64,000 bases of DNA, from the NCBI GenBank assembly GCA_963749445.1, contig CAVVMJ010000003.1, positions 128,715 to 192,714 on the forward strand, written 5' to 3'. The translations under genes were made by a program, and so were the position numbers. Below, piece by piece: positions 29,295 to 39,456 of the stretch. The number at the start of each line of letters is the position of its first letter. Position 1 is the first letter of the stretch. This DNA comes from an uncultured bacterium. GTDB taxonomy: Bacteria; Patescibacteriota; Doudnabacteria; UBA920. The notes beneath the pieces are model-generated. The model had not been told where the DNA came from, ran no database searches, and worked only from the letters and a program-made list of their open reading frames with translations.

Positions 29295-29864
29295 ATGCCC
29301 TCATTCCGCAAACTTTTTCCCAGCCAGTTGGATGAAGAAACCGTGTTTTTGGTGGTACGCGAACATTGGTTTCACTTTTTCCTCAAAGTCGTGGTCTGGC
29401 TGTTTTTTGCCGCGATTTTGGTTATGTTCAATCACTATATGCCCCAGTACGTCCCTTTGATGTTTAGCGACCGCGCCGGTCAGGTAACGCATTTGTTTAC
29501 CCAGGTTTACACCCAGTTTTTAGCAGTCAGCCTGTTTTTGATTTTTATTTTTTATTACCTAACCATAGACGTCATCACGGACATCAGGATTGTGGACGTC
29601 ATCCAAGAAGGACTGTTTAACCACACGGTCTCCGAACTGCACATAGACAAAATTGAGGATGTCACCAGCAAAACCGCGGGCCTGTTCGGCACAATTTTTA
29701 ACTACGGCGATGTCTACGTGCAAACCGCCGGCACGGTGGAGCGGTTTGAATTTAATTCCGTGCCCAACCCGGGCGCCATTGAAAAAATGATTCTGGATCT
29801 CTACGAAAAAAACTCCAACTTTGTCAAAGACGCCCAGGCGGACAAACAATTATTATCACACTAA
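29295..29864 (+). CDS. Membrane protein with bacterial PH domain
   Basis: Two TMs then ITDIRIV..GLF..SEL.IDKIEDVT..IFNYGDVYVQTAG. Confidence 0.8.
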   Translation: MPSFRKLFPSQLDEETVFLVVREHWFHFFLKVVVWLFFAAILVMFNHYMPQYVPLMFSDRAGQVTHLFTQVYTQFLAVSLFLIFIFYYLTIDVITDIRIVDVIQEGLFNHTVSELHIDKIEDVTSKTAGLFGTIFNYGDVYVQTAGTVERFEFNSVPNPGAIEKMILDLYEKNSNFVKDAQADKQLLSH

Positions 29865-29874
29865 TTCTTCCGCT

Positions 29875-30342
29875 ATGGTAAAAGTTCTCGTCTCCGGGGG
29901 ATTTGACCCTATCCATATAGGCCATGTCAGATTGTTCAAAGAAGCCAAGGCCCTTGGCGATTATTTGGTTGTGCTGGCCAACAACGATAACTGGCTGAAA
30001 AAGAAAAAAGGATTTGTTTTTATGAATCAAGCTGAACGCAAGGCTGTTCTGGAAGCCGTTCGCTGGGTGGACGAAGTCCAAATTACCACTCATCCGGAAA
30101 ACCCGACCGACATGTCCGTCTGCGCCGACCTAAAAAGGATTAAACCCGACATTTTTGCAAACGGTGGCGACCGCGACAAAAAAAACGCTGACACCTCCTC
30201 TTCTTCATTGAATCCGGAACAAAAACTTTGCCAGGAAATGGGCATAAAAATGGTCTTTAACGTCGGCGGCGAAAAAGCCCAAAGCTCCAGCGAACTGGTC
30301 AGGCGCGTTAAGGGAAACGACTCCTCAAAGGCATCATCCTGA
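29875..30342 (+). CDS. Adenylyl/cytidylyltransferase family protein
   Basis: SGGFDPIHIGH (HxGH), ANGGDR, QSSS. Confidence 0.85.
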   Translation: MVKVLVSGGFDPIHIGHVRLFKEAKALGDYLVVLANNDNWLKKKKGFVFMNQAERKAVLEAVRWVDEVQITTHPENPTDMSVCADLKRIKPDIFANGGDRDKKNADTSSSSLNPEQKLCQEMGIKMVFNVGGEKAQSSSELVRRVKGNDSSKASS

Positions 30343-30350
30343 ACGGAGCG

Positions 30351-31415
30351 GAGACTGCTGCGTTAATTGGTTGATGATATAATACAATCAAGCCTTGAAT
30401 AAAGGCTTTTTTGTTTGTTTTTAATTAACCAATTTCGTTTATGAAATCAGTTTGCAAATATTGCGGCAATAATCGATTAGTTAAGTGGGGCGGTAGGCGC
30501 AGGTATTGCGGGCCTTGTGATAAAACTTTTAGGGTTAAAAAGGCAGGAAGAAAAGGAACCAAAAAGACAGGCATGTACGTATTGGACCGGTCAACTTTTA
30601 GACGTATTGGATTTAAAACCAAAATGCGAGATACGACCGTGCTGAGAGGTTTGCATAAAGAGTTGCGGCCTGTGCCTACCCCGCTTGAGCATTTAAAAAA
30701 AACTTAAACCGCTGTTCCAAAGTCCTGGTCATTGACGCCAAGCACGTGCCGGTCAAGGGAGAAGATTACTGCGAATATCTGGCCTACGACACCAACGTCG
30801 GCTTAATCGGCCGGTGTCATCGGAAGGGCGGAGAATCCACCTGGGGTTACCGGCAAATTTTTAAGGAACTCAAGGCTGTCGGTTATGAACCCAAAGTAGT
30901 CGTAAGCGACGGCGGAACGGGCATTTTCAGCGCTTTGAGGGCATTTGGCATTAAACGCCACCAGCGCTGCCATATCCATCTGCTGCGGGATTTGAAGACC
31001 GGCCTGAGAATACACGCCAAGAGGCCGAAAATTGTTTTAAGAAAATTTTACTGGGTTAAGTACGCCAAGTTGGTTTTGGACTCCAACGATGAATACCAGT
31101 TAACTTTAAGATTAAAACATTTTGACAGGGTTGTATTTGCTATGTGGCCCGGAGGCGGAGACGTGGAATTAAATGCCATTAACGGTTTCATCAGGACTTT
31201 GCCTTTGGCCTTTACTTTTATGGAATACCGAAAGCTTTGGGGCATCCCAAAAACCACCAATGTCTTGGAGGGCTACATTAGCCATCTTAACGCCAGACTT
31301 AAGACCATGCGGGGACTCAAAAACCCGGCAAACGCCGGGCGGATATTGAATGCCATCCATTACTTTTTGAGGAAGAAAATTTAAGCGGTTACCAACCAAT
31401 TAGTGCAGCAGTCCC
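30351..31415 (+). mobile_element. IS256/Mutator-like insertion sequence, 1065 bp
   Basis: 23-bp TIRs gagactgctgcgttaattggttg / caaccaattagtgcagcagtccc (20/23 match); direct repeat GGAGCG at 30345-30350 and 31416-31421. Confidence 0.85.
30441..31384 (+). CDS. DDE transposase with N-terminal zinc ribbon; -1 frameshift at an A8C run near 30700
   Basis: CxxC..CxxC; after the shift VLVIDAK, VVSDG, HQRCHIH (CxxH), TTNVLE. Confidence 0.85.
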
Positions 31416-31498
31416 GGAGCGAAGGATCTCAAAAAAACCAAGGCCGGAAGCGTCGTGTCCCTCGCACGCGCCCCGGCCTTTTAGTTTTTTTCATGAAT

Positions 31499-31810
31499 CT
31501 AGATTTCCACAGAGATGGCATAAACCACCTGCTTGCCGATCAATTGATTTATATACTCTATGATCCGCTGAGCCAAAATTTTGATCTGGTAGGCCAATTC
31601 CTTGGACAGGCACGCAACTATTAAAATCCCGTTTTTTAAATCTATAGCCTTGGTTTCTTTGCCCAATTCCTCGGCAAAACCCATTGCCGCGTCCCGCCAG
31701 TACCTGATAGCCTGATGTTTGTAAAAAGCTTTTTGGAGTTTATATTGTTTTATCCGGCCCGGCAAAACCGCGCCGACTGAATTAAATCCTTTTTGGTTAT
31801 TTGATTTCAT
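31499..31810 (-). CDS. DUF721/DciA-like protein
   Basis: Directly downstream of recF; W..A...TKAIDLKNGILIVAC..LAYQIK..IIEYINQ pattern. Confidence 0.7.
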   Translation of the reverse strand: MKSNNQKGFNSVGAVLPGRIKQYKLQKAFYKHQAIRYWRDAAMGFAEELGKETKAIDLKNGILIVACLSKELAYQIKILAQRIIEYINQLIGKQVVYAISVEI

Positions 31811-31838
31811 AAAATTTCTTTGCCGTTAGGCTGCGTTC

Positions 31839-31945
31839 TTGAGGGTCGCCCTCTGGCAAGGACTCCGTGATTTTAGAAACGATTGGTAAATATCAAAACA
31901 TTGCTTATTAAATGACCTTGGTTGTAGCCAGAGGGCGACCCTCAA
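31839..31945. repeat. Inverted REP pair (REPIN-like)
   Basis: ttgagggtcgccctctgg ... ccagagggcgaccctcaa; single related unit ttgagggcagccctcaa at 58385-58401. Confidence 0.75.
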
Positions 31946-31963
31946 CCAAATACAAAAATTTTG

Positions 31964-33045
31964 TTATTTATTTTCCTCAACGGCCGGGGTTAGGGTGATG
32001 TGCTGGGCCGGCATTTCCAACGGCTGGGTGGTGGTAATGAAGGTTTGAAATTTGCCTTGTAAATATTTAAGTAGGAAAGTCCGGCGCGTGTCGTCCAGTT
32101 CGGAAAGAACGTCATCTAAAAGCAAAATCGGCTGCTCTCCCTCCTTGCTTAAATACTCTAGTTCCAAAATTTTTAGCGCCACAATTTGGCTGCGCAGCTC
32201 GCCGCGGGAGGAAAACGGCGACAGGAATAAACCTTCGCTCTTGAGGAAAAAGTCGTCGCGGTGCGGGCCAACCAAACACATTCCCGTTAGCTGCTCTTTG
32301 GGCGCGGCCGCGGCCAGCTTCAGCCGGAAATTTTCCGCCACTTCCTCAAAACTGTCGCCGGGCAGGCTTTCCAAAAACACCTCCACCGGCCGGTGAAAAC
32401 CGGAAATGCTGGAATAGATTTCCGCGACGCTGTTGTTCAAAAAGTTAACGAATTTTTTGCGTTCGTAAGTTATCAGACTGCCAAAATTCACCAACTGCTC
32501 GTTCCAGCTCCCAAGCGCTTCCTGGCCGCCCCTGCCCTGTTTAATTTCCTGCAGCAGACGGTTTTTTTGGAACAACACCCGTTTGTAGCTAATCAAGGCA
32601 TCCAAATACTCCAAACGCTTTTGGGAAAGCACCATGTTTAAATACTTACGCCTGGCGTCTGGCGTTTTGCTGAACAGGTCCACGTCCGTGGGATCAAAAA
32701 TCACCACGCCCATGAATCCCTGGGCCTCGCGCCTTTTTTTCTGACGCCGTCAATCAAAAAGTTGGCGTAAATCTTGTCACGCTTTTCCAAAAAGATTTCC
32801 AGGCTGTGGGGTTGGCCGGCTTTTTCCAGCAGTATTTTCAACTCCAAACTGGCGCTGTCCTTTAGAAAAATAAACTCAGTGTCATCGCGGAACGATTTAA
32901 ACAGCGAAGCAAAATAAACCGACTCCAAAAGGTTGGTTTTCCCCACCGCGTTGGGGCCAGTGAGCACCACCACGTCGCTGTTAATGTCAATGTCCAGGCT
33001 GGGGTAGTTGCGAAAATTTTTTATGACAATGCTTTTTATTCTCAT
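31964..33045 (-). CDS. recF: DNA replication/repair protein RecF; frameshift near 32705-32740
   Basis: NFRNY, GPNAVGKTNLLE; RRKYL, GPHRDD, SSRGE, LLLDDVLSELD. Confidence 0.93.
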
Positions 33046-33046
33046 A

Positions 33047-33142
33047 GGCCGCTGATTTGTCGCCGATTAGTACGCTGACCAAACGCTGAAGCCGGTTTTC
33101 GGCATTTTATCAGCGTCACAATCCGCGTCTTATCCGTGGTTT
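33047..33142. repeat. CGCTGAT/ATCAGCG periodic inverted repeat
   Basis: gctgat, gccgat, gctgac ... atcagcgt, atccgcgt, atccgtgg; half-copies at 46068-46113 and 58468-58516. Confidence 0.65.
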
Positions 33143-33143
33143 T

Positions 33144-34244
33144 TTAAGATTTAATGGGCATTACTAAATACAAATAGTCACTTTGGCCCTCGGGCAACAG
33201 CAAACTGGGAGAGCTTTCATCAATAATTTTCATCACCACGCTTTCGGTATTTATCCCGCCCAAACAATCGGTAATATAATAATAGTTAAGCAGTATGGCG
33301 CCCGACTTGCCTTCAATTTTTGGCTGGAGCTCTATCTCGCTTTTACCTAAATCTTGCGACTCGGTAATTAGCTTGAGGGTTTGATTGGAGTTTTCATAAA
33401 TAAACTTCACGCTGTTGCCTGCCTGGCTAAAAACACCCCCGGCTTTTAAGGCTCCCAACAAATCCTGTTTTTTTAAGGTAATGGTGGTAGTAAAGTTTTG
33501 GGGGATAATTTGCTTATAATCCGGATATTGCCCGTCTATTAAACGGCTGATAATTTCTGTGTTATCGACTTTAAAACCAATCTGGGTTTCGGTAAAATTC
33601 AAACCCACGGCGCCTTTTTGGGCTCCTATGACCCGAGAAAGCTCATTAATGGTTTTATGGGGGATAATAATTTGCTGGTCGGTGTGGTGTGGTGTAGTTA
33701 AATTAACCTGTTTTTCCGCCAGGCGGTAGCGGTCGGTAGCCACAATTTTCAGCAACTTTTTCCCAAAAGAAAACAACACCCCGGAAATTTCCGGCTGGGT
33801 TTGGTTTAAAGAAACCGCAAAACTTACCTGATCCAAAGAGGTTTTAAGAAGCTGTGCGTCGATTTCTAGGTTGTGGTTTTGTTCAATGGTAGGAATTAAA
33901 GGGAAGTCTTCCACCGGCAGGGTTTTAACAGTTGTGTGATAGTTTTCCGTTTCCACCCCCAATTCGGAATTATTGCTAAAAAGGGTGAGGTTTTGGTTAG
34001 GAAGATTGTTAACCAACTCGGTGATGGTTTTTGAGGAAACTGTTACCGCGCCTTCTTGTTCTACCTTGCACCGAATGTGGGTAGTAATCCCTACTTCCAA
34101 GTTGGTGGAAGATATCTTAAGCATCCCATTTTCGGTTTTGAGCATAAGGTTGTTTAAAATCGGTAAACTGGCGTTGGAAGAGATTATTCTGCCAGCCATG
34201 ACAAGCCCAGATTTTAAATTTTCTTGGGTGCAAACTATTTTCAT
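33144..34244 (-). CDS. dnaN: DNA polymerase III beta clamp
   Basis: Start MKIVCTQENL; PILNN, STNLEV, ATDRYRLA, SRLIDGQYPDY, LVMPIK. Confidence 0.96.
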   Translation of the reverse strand: MKIVCTQENLKSGLVMAGRIISSNASLPILNNLMLKTENGMLKISSTNLEVGITTHIRCKVEQEGAVTVSSKTITELVNNLPNQNLTLFSNNSELGVETENYHTTVKTLPVEDFPLIPTIEQNHNLEIDAQLLKTSLDQVSFAVSLNQTQPEISGVLFSFGKKLLKIVATDRYRLAEKQVNLTTPHHTDQQIIIPHKTINELSRVIGAQKGAVGLNFTETQIGFKVDNTEIISRLIDGQYPDYKQIIPQNFTTTITLKKQDLLGALKAGGVFSQAGNSVKFIYENSNQTLKLITESQDLGKSEIELQPKIEGKSGAILLNYYYITDCLGGINTESVVMKIIDESSPSLLLPEGQSDYLYLVMPIKS

Positions 34245-34411
34245 ATATTTAAGAATTAATTTTAAACGATAGTTATAGTAAGGTTTGTGGGTTGGTGGAT
34301 AAGTGGTGGGGAATGAATGTGGGTTGGGGTTTGGTAAAAACAATTTGTTGAAAAAAGTTTTTCTGTTTGTTGATAAGTAAGTTTCACACCCTTGGTTTAA
34401 TTTGAGGGTTT
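34245..34411. other. Probable oriC part (dnaA-dnaN spacer) with degenerate DnaA boxes
   Basis: ggtggataa, ggtggggaa, tgttgaaaa, tgttgataa (1-3 mismatches to TGTGGATAA), all in one orientation. Confidence 0.65.
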
Positions 34412-35758
34412 TTATATGAACAGTTTATCCATAATTAAATCTATCTCTTGTTTTAACTGTTCTTTTTCCACCACCAACTTCGCCACCTTTTCTACAGCGT
34501 GCATCACCGTAGTGTGATCCCGGCCTCCAAAAAAATCACCAATGGAGGGGAAGGAATTATCTAATTCCTTGCGTATTAAATACATGGCGATTTGGCGTGG
34601 TTTTACAAACTCTTTTTTCCGGGATTGTTTAATTAAATCCTCGTTGGAAATATTGTAAAATTCCGCAACGGATTCGGCGATTTTTTTGGCGGACGTGACC
34701 CGTTTTTTTGCGCCAATAATGCTGGCCAGAATGCCCTTCGCCTGGTCAATCAAAAGGCCCCGATTTTCCATTTGCTGGTAAACCGCCAACCGGTTTAGCG
34801 CGCCTTCCAATTCACGGACGTTGTTTTGGATGTTTTCGGCAATGTAAAATAAAATATCCTCGGAGATTTGGGCTCCCCGCTTTTCCATTTTAATCCGCAA
34901 TATGGCCATGCGGGTTTCCAAATCCGGCGCCTGGATGTCTGCCACCATCCCCCACTCAAACCGGCTGACCAAACGCTGTTCAATGGCCGGAATGTCTTTG
35001 GGCAGCCGGTCGGAAGTGATGATGATTTGCTTGCCTTTGTCGCGGAGTTCGTTAAATGTGTGGAAAAATTCTTCCTGGGTGCTTTCTTTGCCGGCGATAA
35101 ACTGGATATCGTCAATCATCAGGGCGTCCAACAGGCGGTAGGACTTTTTAAACTCCTCCATCCGGTTTTGTTTGATGGCGTCGACATAGTCGTTGGTAAA
35201 TTTTTCCGAAGTTACGTAAAGCACCCGGGCTTTGGGATTATTTTGCAACAGCCTGTACCCCGCGGCTTGCATGAGATGGGTTTTGCCCAAACCCACGCCG
35301 CCGTAAATAAACAAGGGGTTATATTGGTTGCCCGGATTTTTGGCCACGGACATGGCGGCCGCGTGGGCCAATTCGTTGTTTTTGCCGATAATTAAAGTTT
35401 CAAAAGTGTATTTGGGGTTAAGCCCGGAACTGTTTTGGGGCAGGGCTCCCCTAACCGGCGCGTGGCCATCGGTTTTAACCGCCGTTTTGTTGCCCGCGGT
35501 TGATGCCGGAGCGGCCGCGCCAATTTGGTATTTTATTTCTTTGATTTCGGGGGCAATACTTTTTAGGCACTTTAACATTTCTTGGTGGTATTTGGCCGCA
35601 ATCCAGTCGCGATTAAACGCGTTGGGCACGGCGATTAAAATAAAATCATTCCCCCGTTCCAGAATCGAGGTATTTTTAAACCAGGTATTAAAATTGGCCT
35701 TGCTTAAATTTATTTCCAAACTGCCCAAGATTGCCTGCCATAACTGTTGGTTGTTCAT
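34412..35758 (-). CDS. dnaA: Chromosomal replication initiator DnaA
   Basis: YNPLFIYGGVGLGKTHL, IDDIQF, QEEFFHTFN, GGRDHTTVMHA. Confidence 0.98.
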   Translation of the reverse strand: MNNQQLWQAILGSLEINLSKANFNTWFKNTSILERGNDFILIAVPNAFNRDWIAAKYHQEMLKCLKSIAPEIKEIKYQIGAAAPASTAGNKTAVKTDGHAPVRGALPQNSSGLNPKYTFETLIIGKNNELAHAAAMSVAKNPGNQYNPLFIYGGVGLGKTHLMQAAGYRLLQNNPKARVLYVTSEKFTNDYVDAIKQNRMEEFKKSYRLLDALMIDDIQFIAGKESTQEEFFHTFNELRDKGKQIIITSDRLPKDIPAIEQRLVSRFEWGMVADIQAPDLETRMAILRIKMEKRGAQISEDILFYIAENIQNNVRELEGALNRLAVYQQMENRGLLIDQAKGILASIIGAKKRVTSAKKIAESVAEFYNISNEDLIKQSRKKEFVKPRQIAMYLIRKELDNSFPSIGDFFGGRDHTTVMHAVEKVAKLVVEKEQLKQEIDLIMDKLFI

Positions 35759-35854
35759 AGGACTAAACAGATTAACACGGATAAATTACTAACAGCACGG
35801 ATCTGTGCTCACCGGTTTTTTAATCTGTGTTGACCCGTATGCTTTATTCTAACA

Positions 35855-35950
35855 GGGAGTTATCAACATGTAAATGAACCAAAAACTCTTTTATTTAAAA
35901 GCGAAAGTAAAAATTGTGTGTATATGTTGTGGAAAAGGTGTGGTTAATTT
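35855..35950. promoter_or_regulatory. DnaA-box cluster upstream of dnaA
   Basis: ttatcaaca, tgtggaaaa, tgtggttaa, tgtgtatat in the dnaA-rpmH spacer. Confidence 0.6.
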
Positions 35951-35978
35951 TCTTAAACCTTTCCGCTTTAATCTAAGA

Positions 35979-36007
35979 TTGACCGAAAGACCGATTGCTG
36001 GTATAAT
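35979..36007 (+). promoter_or_regulatory. rpmH promoter
   Basis: TTGACC-17-TATAAT with extended TG. Confidence 0.7.
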
Positions 36008-36034
36008 TCAGTGAGAAAATTAAAGAATTCTTAC

Positions 36035-36169
36035 ATGAAAAGGACATATCAGCCAAAAGTGAAAAGGCGAAAAACGAGGCACGGTTTTTTGCACCGCATG
36101 CAGACCAGAACCGGACGGAACGTATTGTCGCGCAGGCGCCACAAGGGCCGCAAGAAACTTTCTGTGTAG
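36035..36169 (+). CDS. rpmH: 50S ribosomal protein L34 (below the ORF-track cutoff)
   Basis: Manual translation [44 protein letters not shown]; canonical position. Confidence 0.97.
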   Translation: MKRTYQPKVKRRKTRHGFLHRMQTRTGRNVLSRRRHKGRKKLSV

Positions 36170-36175
36170 ACATAG

Positions 36176-36268
36176 CAATTAACAAGATTGACATGAATGA
36201 ACAAGATTGACAAGATTGCCAACCCAAATTCATGTCAATCATTTAAATCATTTAAATCTTGTTCAATC
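36176..36268. repeat. 9-mer (CAAGATTGA)-type periodic palindrome
   Basis: Near reverse complement of 41851-41945; related to 55329-55435. Confidence 0.75.
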
Positions 36269-36273
36269 GAACT

Positions 36274-36612
36274 ATGTTTTCCAAACAGCATCGCCTTGGC
36301 AAAACCACAGACGTGCAAAAAGTTTTTGCCCAAGGGCGGGCTTTTTTTAACCCCTTGTTTACGATTAAATTTTTGACGCGGCCTAGCCAGCTTCCGCGGT
36401 TTACCGTGGTGGTATCCACTAAAGTTTCCAAGAGCGCGGTTAAACGCAATCGGTTAAAAAGGCTGACGCGGGAGTTTATTCGGATGCGGATGGGAAAATT
36501 TAGGCTCGGTGATTATGTGGTAATTTTAAAACCGGCCGCAGCGAGGCGGGATGAAAAATCGCTGATGATGAGCTTATCCGAACTGTGCCAGAGAGCCAAA
36601 CTGATAATTTAA
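36274..36612 (+). CDS. rnpA: Ribonuclease P protein component
   Basis: VSTKVSKSAVKRNRLKR (RNR motif). Confidence 0.95.
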   Translation: MFSKQHRLGKTTDVQKVFAQGRAFFNPLFTIKFLTRPSQLPRFTVVVSTKVSKSAVKRNRLKRLTREFIRMRMGKFRLGDYVVILKPAAARRDEKSLMMSLSELCQRAKLII

Positions 36613-36638
36613 CAGTCTTTGAGGGCTTCTCTATGGCG

Positions 36639-36748
36639 CTCCACCCCGACCGACGACGAGTGCGCCCGAGGAGGAATGGAGGGGTCTGTAAAAATAACAG
36701 ATTCCTCGACTCGTCCTCAGCTGCTATTTGGGACTCGCTCGGAATGGA
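36639..36748. repeat. Palindromic repeat, CCATTCCGAGCGAG family
   Basis: Reverse-complement relative of 63337-63447 (acagattcctcgactcg, ctcgctcggaatgg). Confidence 0.75.
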
Positions 36749-36766
36749 ACGTTAATATTTACCCTT

Positions 36767-37039
36767 ATGAAAAAATTTGTCAGCAATCCAATTAGTCTTT
36801 CTTCCCGCGCGGCAGCCGGGCTGGTTTTTGTTTACCAACGTTCCCTGTCGCCAGATCACAGTTGGTTGGCTGCGCGTTTTCCTTACGGGTTTTGCCGCCA
36901 CTATCCGTCCTGCAGCGAATATTCCCGTCAGAGCCTGCTTAAATTTGGGTTAATAAAAGGTGGGCTGTTATCCGTTAAACGGTTAGCGCGCTGCCATCCT
37001 TGGGCCGAGCCGTCCGTTGACCCGGTTCCGCATTTTTAA
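36767..37039 (+). CDS. yidD: Membrane protein insertion efficiency factor YidD
   Basis: CRHYPSCSEY, RLARCHPW, DPVP. Confidence 0.93.
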   Translation: MKKFVSNPISLSSRAAAGLVFVYQRSLSPDHSWLAARFPYGFCRHYPSCSEYSRQSLLKFGLIKGGLLSVKRLARCHPWAEPSVDPVPHF

Positions 37040-37052
37040 AAATTGATTTAAT

Positions 37053-37766
37053 ATGTGGCTGCTTACTATTTATCATAATTTCCTTTATCTCCCCCTGCTG
37101 AACCTGCTGGTGTTTTTTTATAACATCATTCCCGGCCATGATATTGGCATAGTGATTATTGTGCTGACAATTGTCATTCGTTTGGCACTGGCCCCGAGCT
37201 TCCATAAATCACTCAAAAGCCAAAAGGCCATGAATGACTTGCAGCCCAAGTTGAACGAATTGCGGAAAAAGCACAAAGAAGATAAGGAAGCCTTGGCTAA
37301 AGCCACTATGGGCCTTTACCGCGAGCACAAAATTAATCCTTTGTCTTCCTGTTTGCCGATTTTAATCCAGTTGCCGATTTTAATCGCGCTGTACCAGGTT
37401 TTCCGTTTGGCGCTCGGCGGGCACGATTTGATGGGGCTTTATTCGTTTGTCAAAAACCCCGGGTTTATTAGCCCAAAGCTGCTCGGTTTGGTGGATCTGT
37501 CCAAGCCCAGTTACGTGTTCGCAATTTTGGCCGGCGCGGCGCAATTTTGGCAGTCAAAATTAATGATGCCCAAGGCCAACTCCGGCCAGGACGCGACAAT
37601 GCGCGCCATGTCCGTGCAGACCACTTATGTTTTGCCCTTTATTAGCGTGATAATCGCCTGGCGTCTGCCTGCGGGCCTGCCGCTTTACTGGATTGTAACT
37701 ACGCTGTTTGCTGTGGGGCAGCAGTATTATATTCTGCGCAAACAGAATCCGACAGCGGCCCAGTAG
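37053..37766 (+). CDS. yidC: YidC/Oxa1 membrane insertase
   Basis: LTIVIR, LQPKL, INPLSSCLPILIQLP, GLPLYW. Confidence 0.95.
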   Translation: MWLLTIYHNFLYLPLLNLLVFFYNIIPGHDIGIVIIVLTIVIRLALAPSFHKSLKSQKAMNDLQPKLNELRKKHKEDKEALAKATMGLYREHKINPLSSCLPILIQLPILIALYQVFRLALGGHDLMGLYSFVKNPGFISPKLLGLVDLSKPSYVFAILAGAAQFWQSKLMMPKANSGQDATMRAMSVQTTYVLPFISVIIAWRLPAGLPLYWIVTTLFAVGQQYYILRKQNPTAAQ

Positions 37767-37835
37767 TGGGTAGTTGGTAGGAGGTAGCCAGCAGTTTGGC
37801 TACCCGCTACTTACTACTAACTACCAGCTAATTTT

Positions 37836-38315
37836 ATGACCGACTACGACAAAATCGAACAGGTAAAAAAAATCATTATTGGGGTGTTGGAAAAAATGGG
37901 GATAGCGGCGGAGGTGGAATTTGAAGAAAGTATTACCAAAGGGCTGATTTTTAACATTTCCTGCCGCGATGCTTTTATGCTCATTGGCCGCGAAGGTTCT
38001 ACCCTGCACGCACTGCAGGTTTTGGTCCAGTCCATTGCCGCGCGCCGGTTTCTTAAAGAGCCCGATGGGCGGATGATGTGGTTTACTTTAGATGTTGACG
38101 ATTACAAAAGAAAGCGTGAATGGTACTTAAAGGAAACGGCCAAGGCGGCTGTTGACCACATAAAAAAAACCGGCCGTGCCGTAAGCCTTGATCCCATGCC
38201 CAATTACGAACGCCGGCTCATCCACGCCTACCTCCAGGAACACTGCCCCGAAGCCGAAAGCTCTTCCATTGGCAACGAACCGTATCGGAAAGTCGTGATA
38301 AGGCTAAAGAGATAA
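37836..38315 (+). CDS. jag: Jag/KhpB RNA-binding protein (KH + R3H)
   Basis: LIGREGSTLHALQ; PMPNYERRLIH; SIGNEPYRKVVI. Confidence 0.88.
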   Translation: MTDYDKIEQVKKIIIGVLEKMGIAAEVEFEESITKGLIFNISCRDAFMLIGREGSTLHALQVLVQSIAARRFLKEPDGRMMWFTLDVDDYKRKREWYLKETAKAAVDHIKKTGRAVSLDPMPNYERRLIHAYLQEHCPEAESSSIGNEPYRKVVIRLKR

Positions 38316-38352
38316 ATTCCAAGTTTTAAAAACACCCGAGAGGGTATTTTTT

Positions 38353-38373
38353 GTAGCGTGCCGATTTATCGGC
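38353..38373. repeat. GTAG-tagged REP
   Basis: gtagcgtgccgatttatcggc; two more at ~39214-39276 on the other side of the TrmB gene. Confidence 0.7.
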
Positions 38374-38385
38374 TGGGCGATGGTT

Positions 38386-39189
38386 TTATTTCAGCCGCTC
38401 TGCTTGTTGCCAGGCGAGTTCAAAAACAATCTTTAAGGAATTAGCAAAGGAGGGATTTTTGATTTCAAAAGCCATCTTTTCCCCGGGCTTAACCAGCACG
38501 CCCATCACAACGTCGTCGTAAATATTCACTTCCGCGGCTGGCGTAAACGGGAATTGTTTTTCCAGCCAGCGGTATTCTGTGCATTTTTGGTAGAGCGGAC
38601 TGTTTTTATAAGTGGTTTCATAAAAATACAAACCGGCTTCATTTTTCATAACCAAAGCTTTTTCTTTTATTCCAAGTTTCGCACGTTCTTTGACGTAGTC
38701 TTTACCAAATTTGTCATAAGCTGATTTTTCTTTTCCGGGCAAGTAAACATTCAAATCCAAAACTGAATAAATTATACTTTTGGATTCCAGCGTGTGCCAA
38801 TAAATATTTTTTATTCCGTCCCAGCCTTCAAAAAATTTAATGACCGGTTTGTTTTCTTTTTTGTATAGTCCTTGAAGATCGGGCAATAACTCTCCAACAT
38901 CCGCCAGGCGCTTTTCCGCCTGGTGTTTCTTATTTTCTAAGTATTGTTTTAACCTGAACGGCGCCTCGGCCACGTATATGGTTTTTTTAGTGCCGAGAGT
39001 TGTGCGGCTGGCTAAGCCGTAAAGCGACAAGCGTTCCAAAATATCATAGCCGGTTGTGCGGTTAAGCGTAGCCGCTTTGCTAATATCACTCACCGTTCCC
39101 TGCCCCAACTCCAACAGCGCCAAATAAACTTTGGTTTCGTTTGGATGTAACCCCAAACTTTGCAGTTGTTCGGCGATTTTGCAATCCAT
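38386..39189 (-). CDS. TrmB family transcriptional regulator
   Basis: LGLHPNETKVYLALLELG..ISKAATLNRTTGYDILERL; PVIKFFEG; IYDD..FE..W. Confidence 0.88.
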   Translation of the reverse strand: MDCKIAEQLQSLGLHPNETKVYLALLELGQGTVSDISKAATLNRTTGYDILERLSLYGLASRTTLGTKKTIYVAEAPFRLKQYLENKKHQAEKRLADVGELLPDLQGLYKKENKPVIKFFEGWDGIKNIYWHTLESKSIIYSVLDLNVYLPGKEKSAYDKFGKDYVKERAKLGIKEKALVMKNEAGLYFYETTYKNSPLYQKCTEYRWLEKQFPFTPAAEVNIYDDVVMGVLVKPGEKMAFEIKNPSFANSLKIVFELAWQQAERLK

Positions 39190-39456
39190 ATGGGAGAACA
39201 GATAAACACGGATGTAGCGTGCCCATTTATGGGCGGACGATGGATGTGTTTAGTGTAGTTAGCCGATTTATCGGCTGTTATTTGTGTCAAGTCATCCCGA
39301 CAAAATTTGAAAAGTTAAATATAAAAGCCAGAAATAAGCCTAAATACATTATATCATAAGTGGAGCCAAATTGTCAATATGTGATTATTATGGTATATTT
39401 CCCCGTTAAAACAAAAATCCTAAAACGGCACTTTTTGTTTCAACAAGGAGGAGTTC

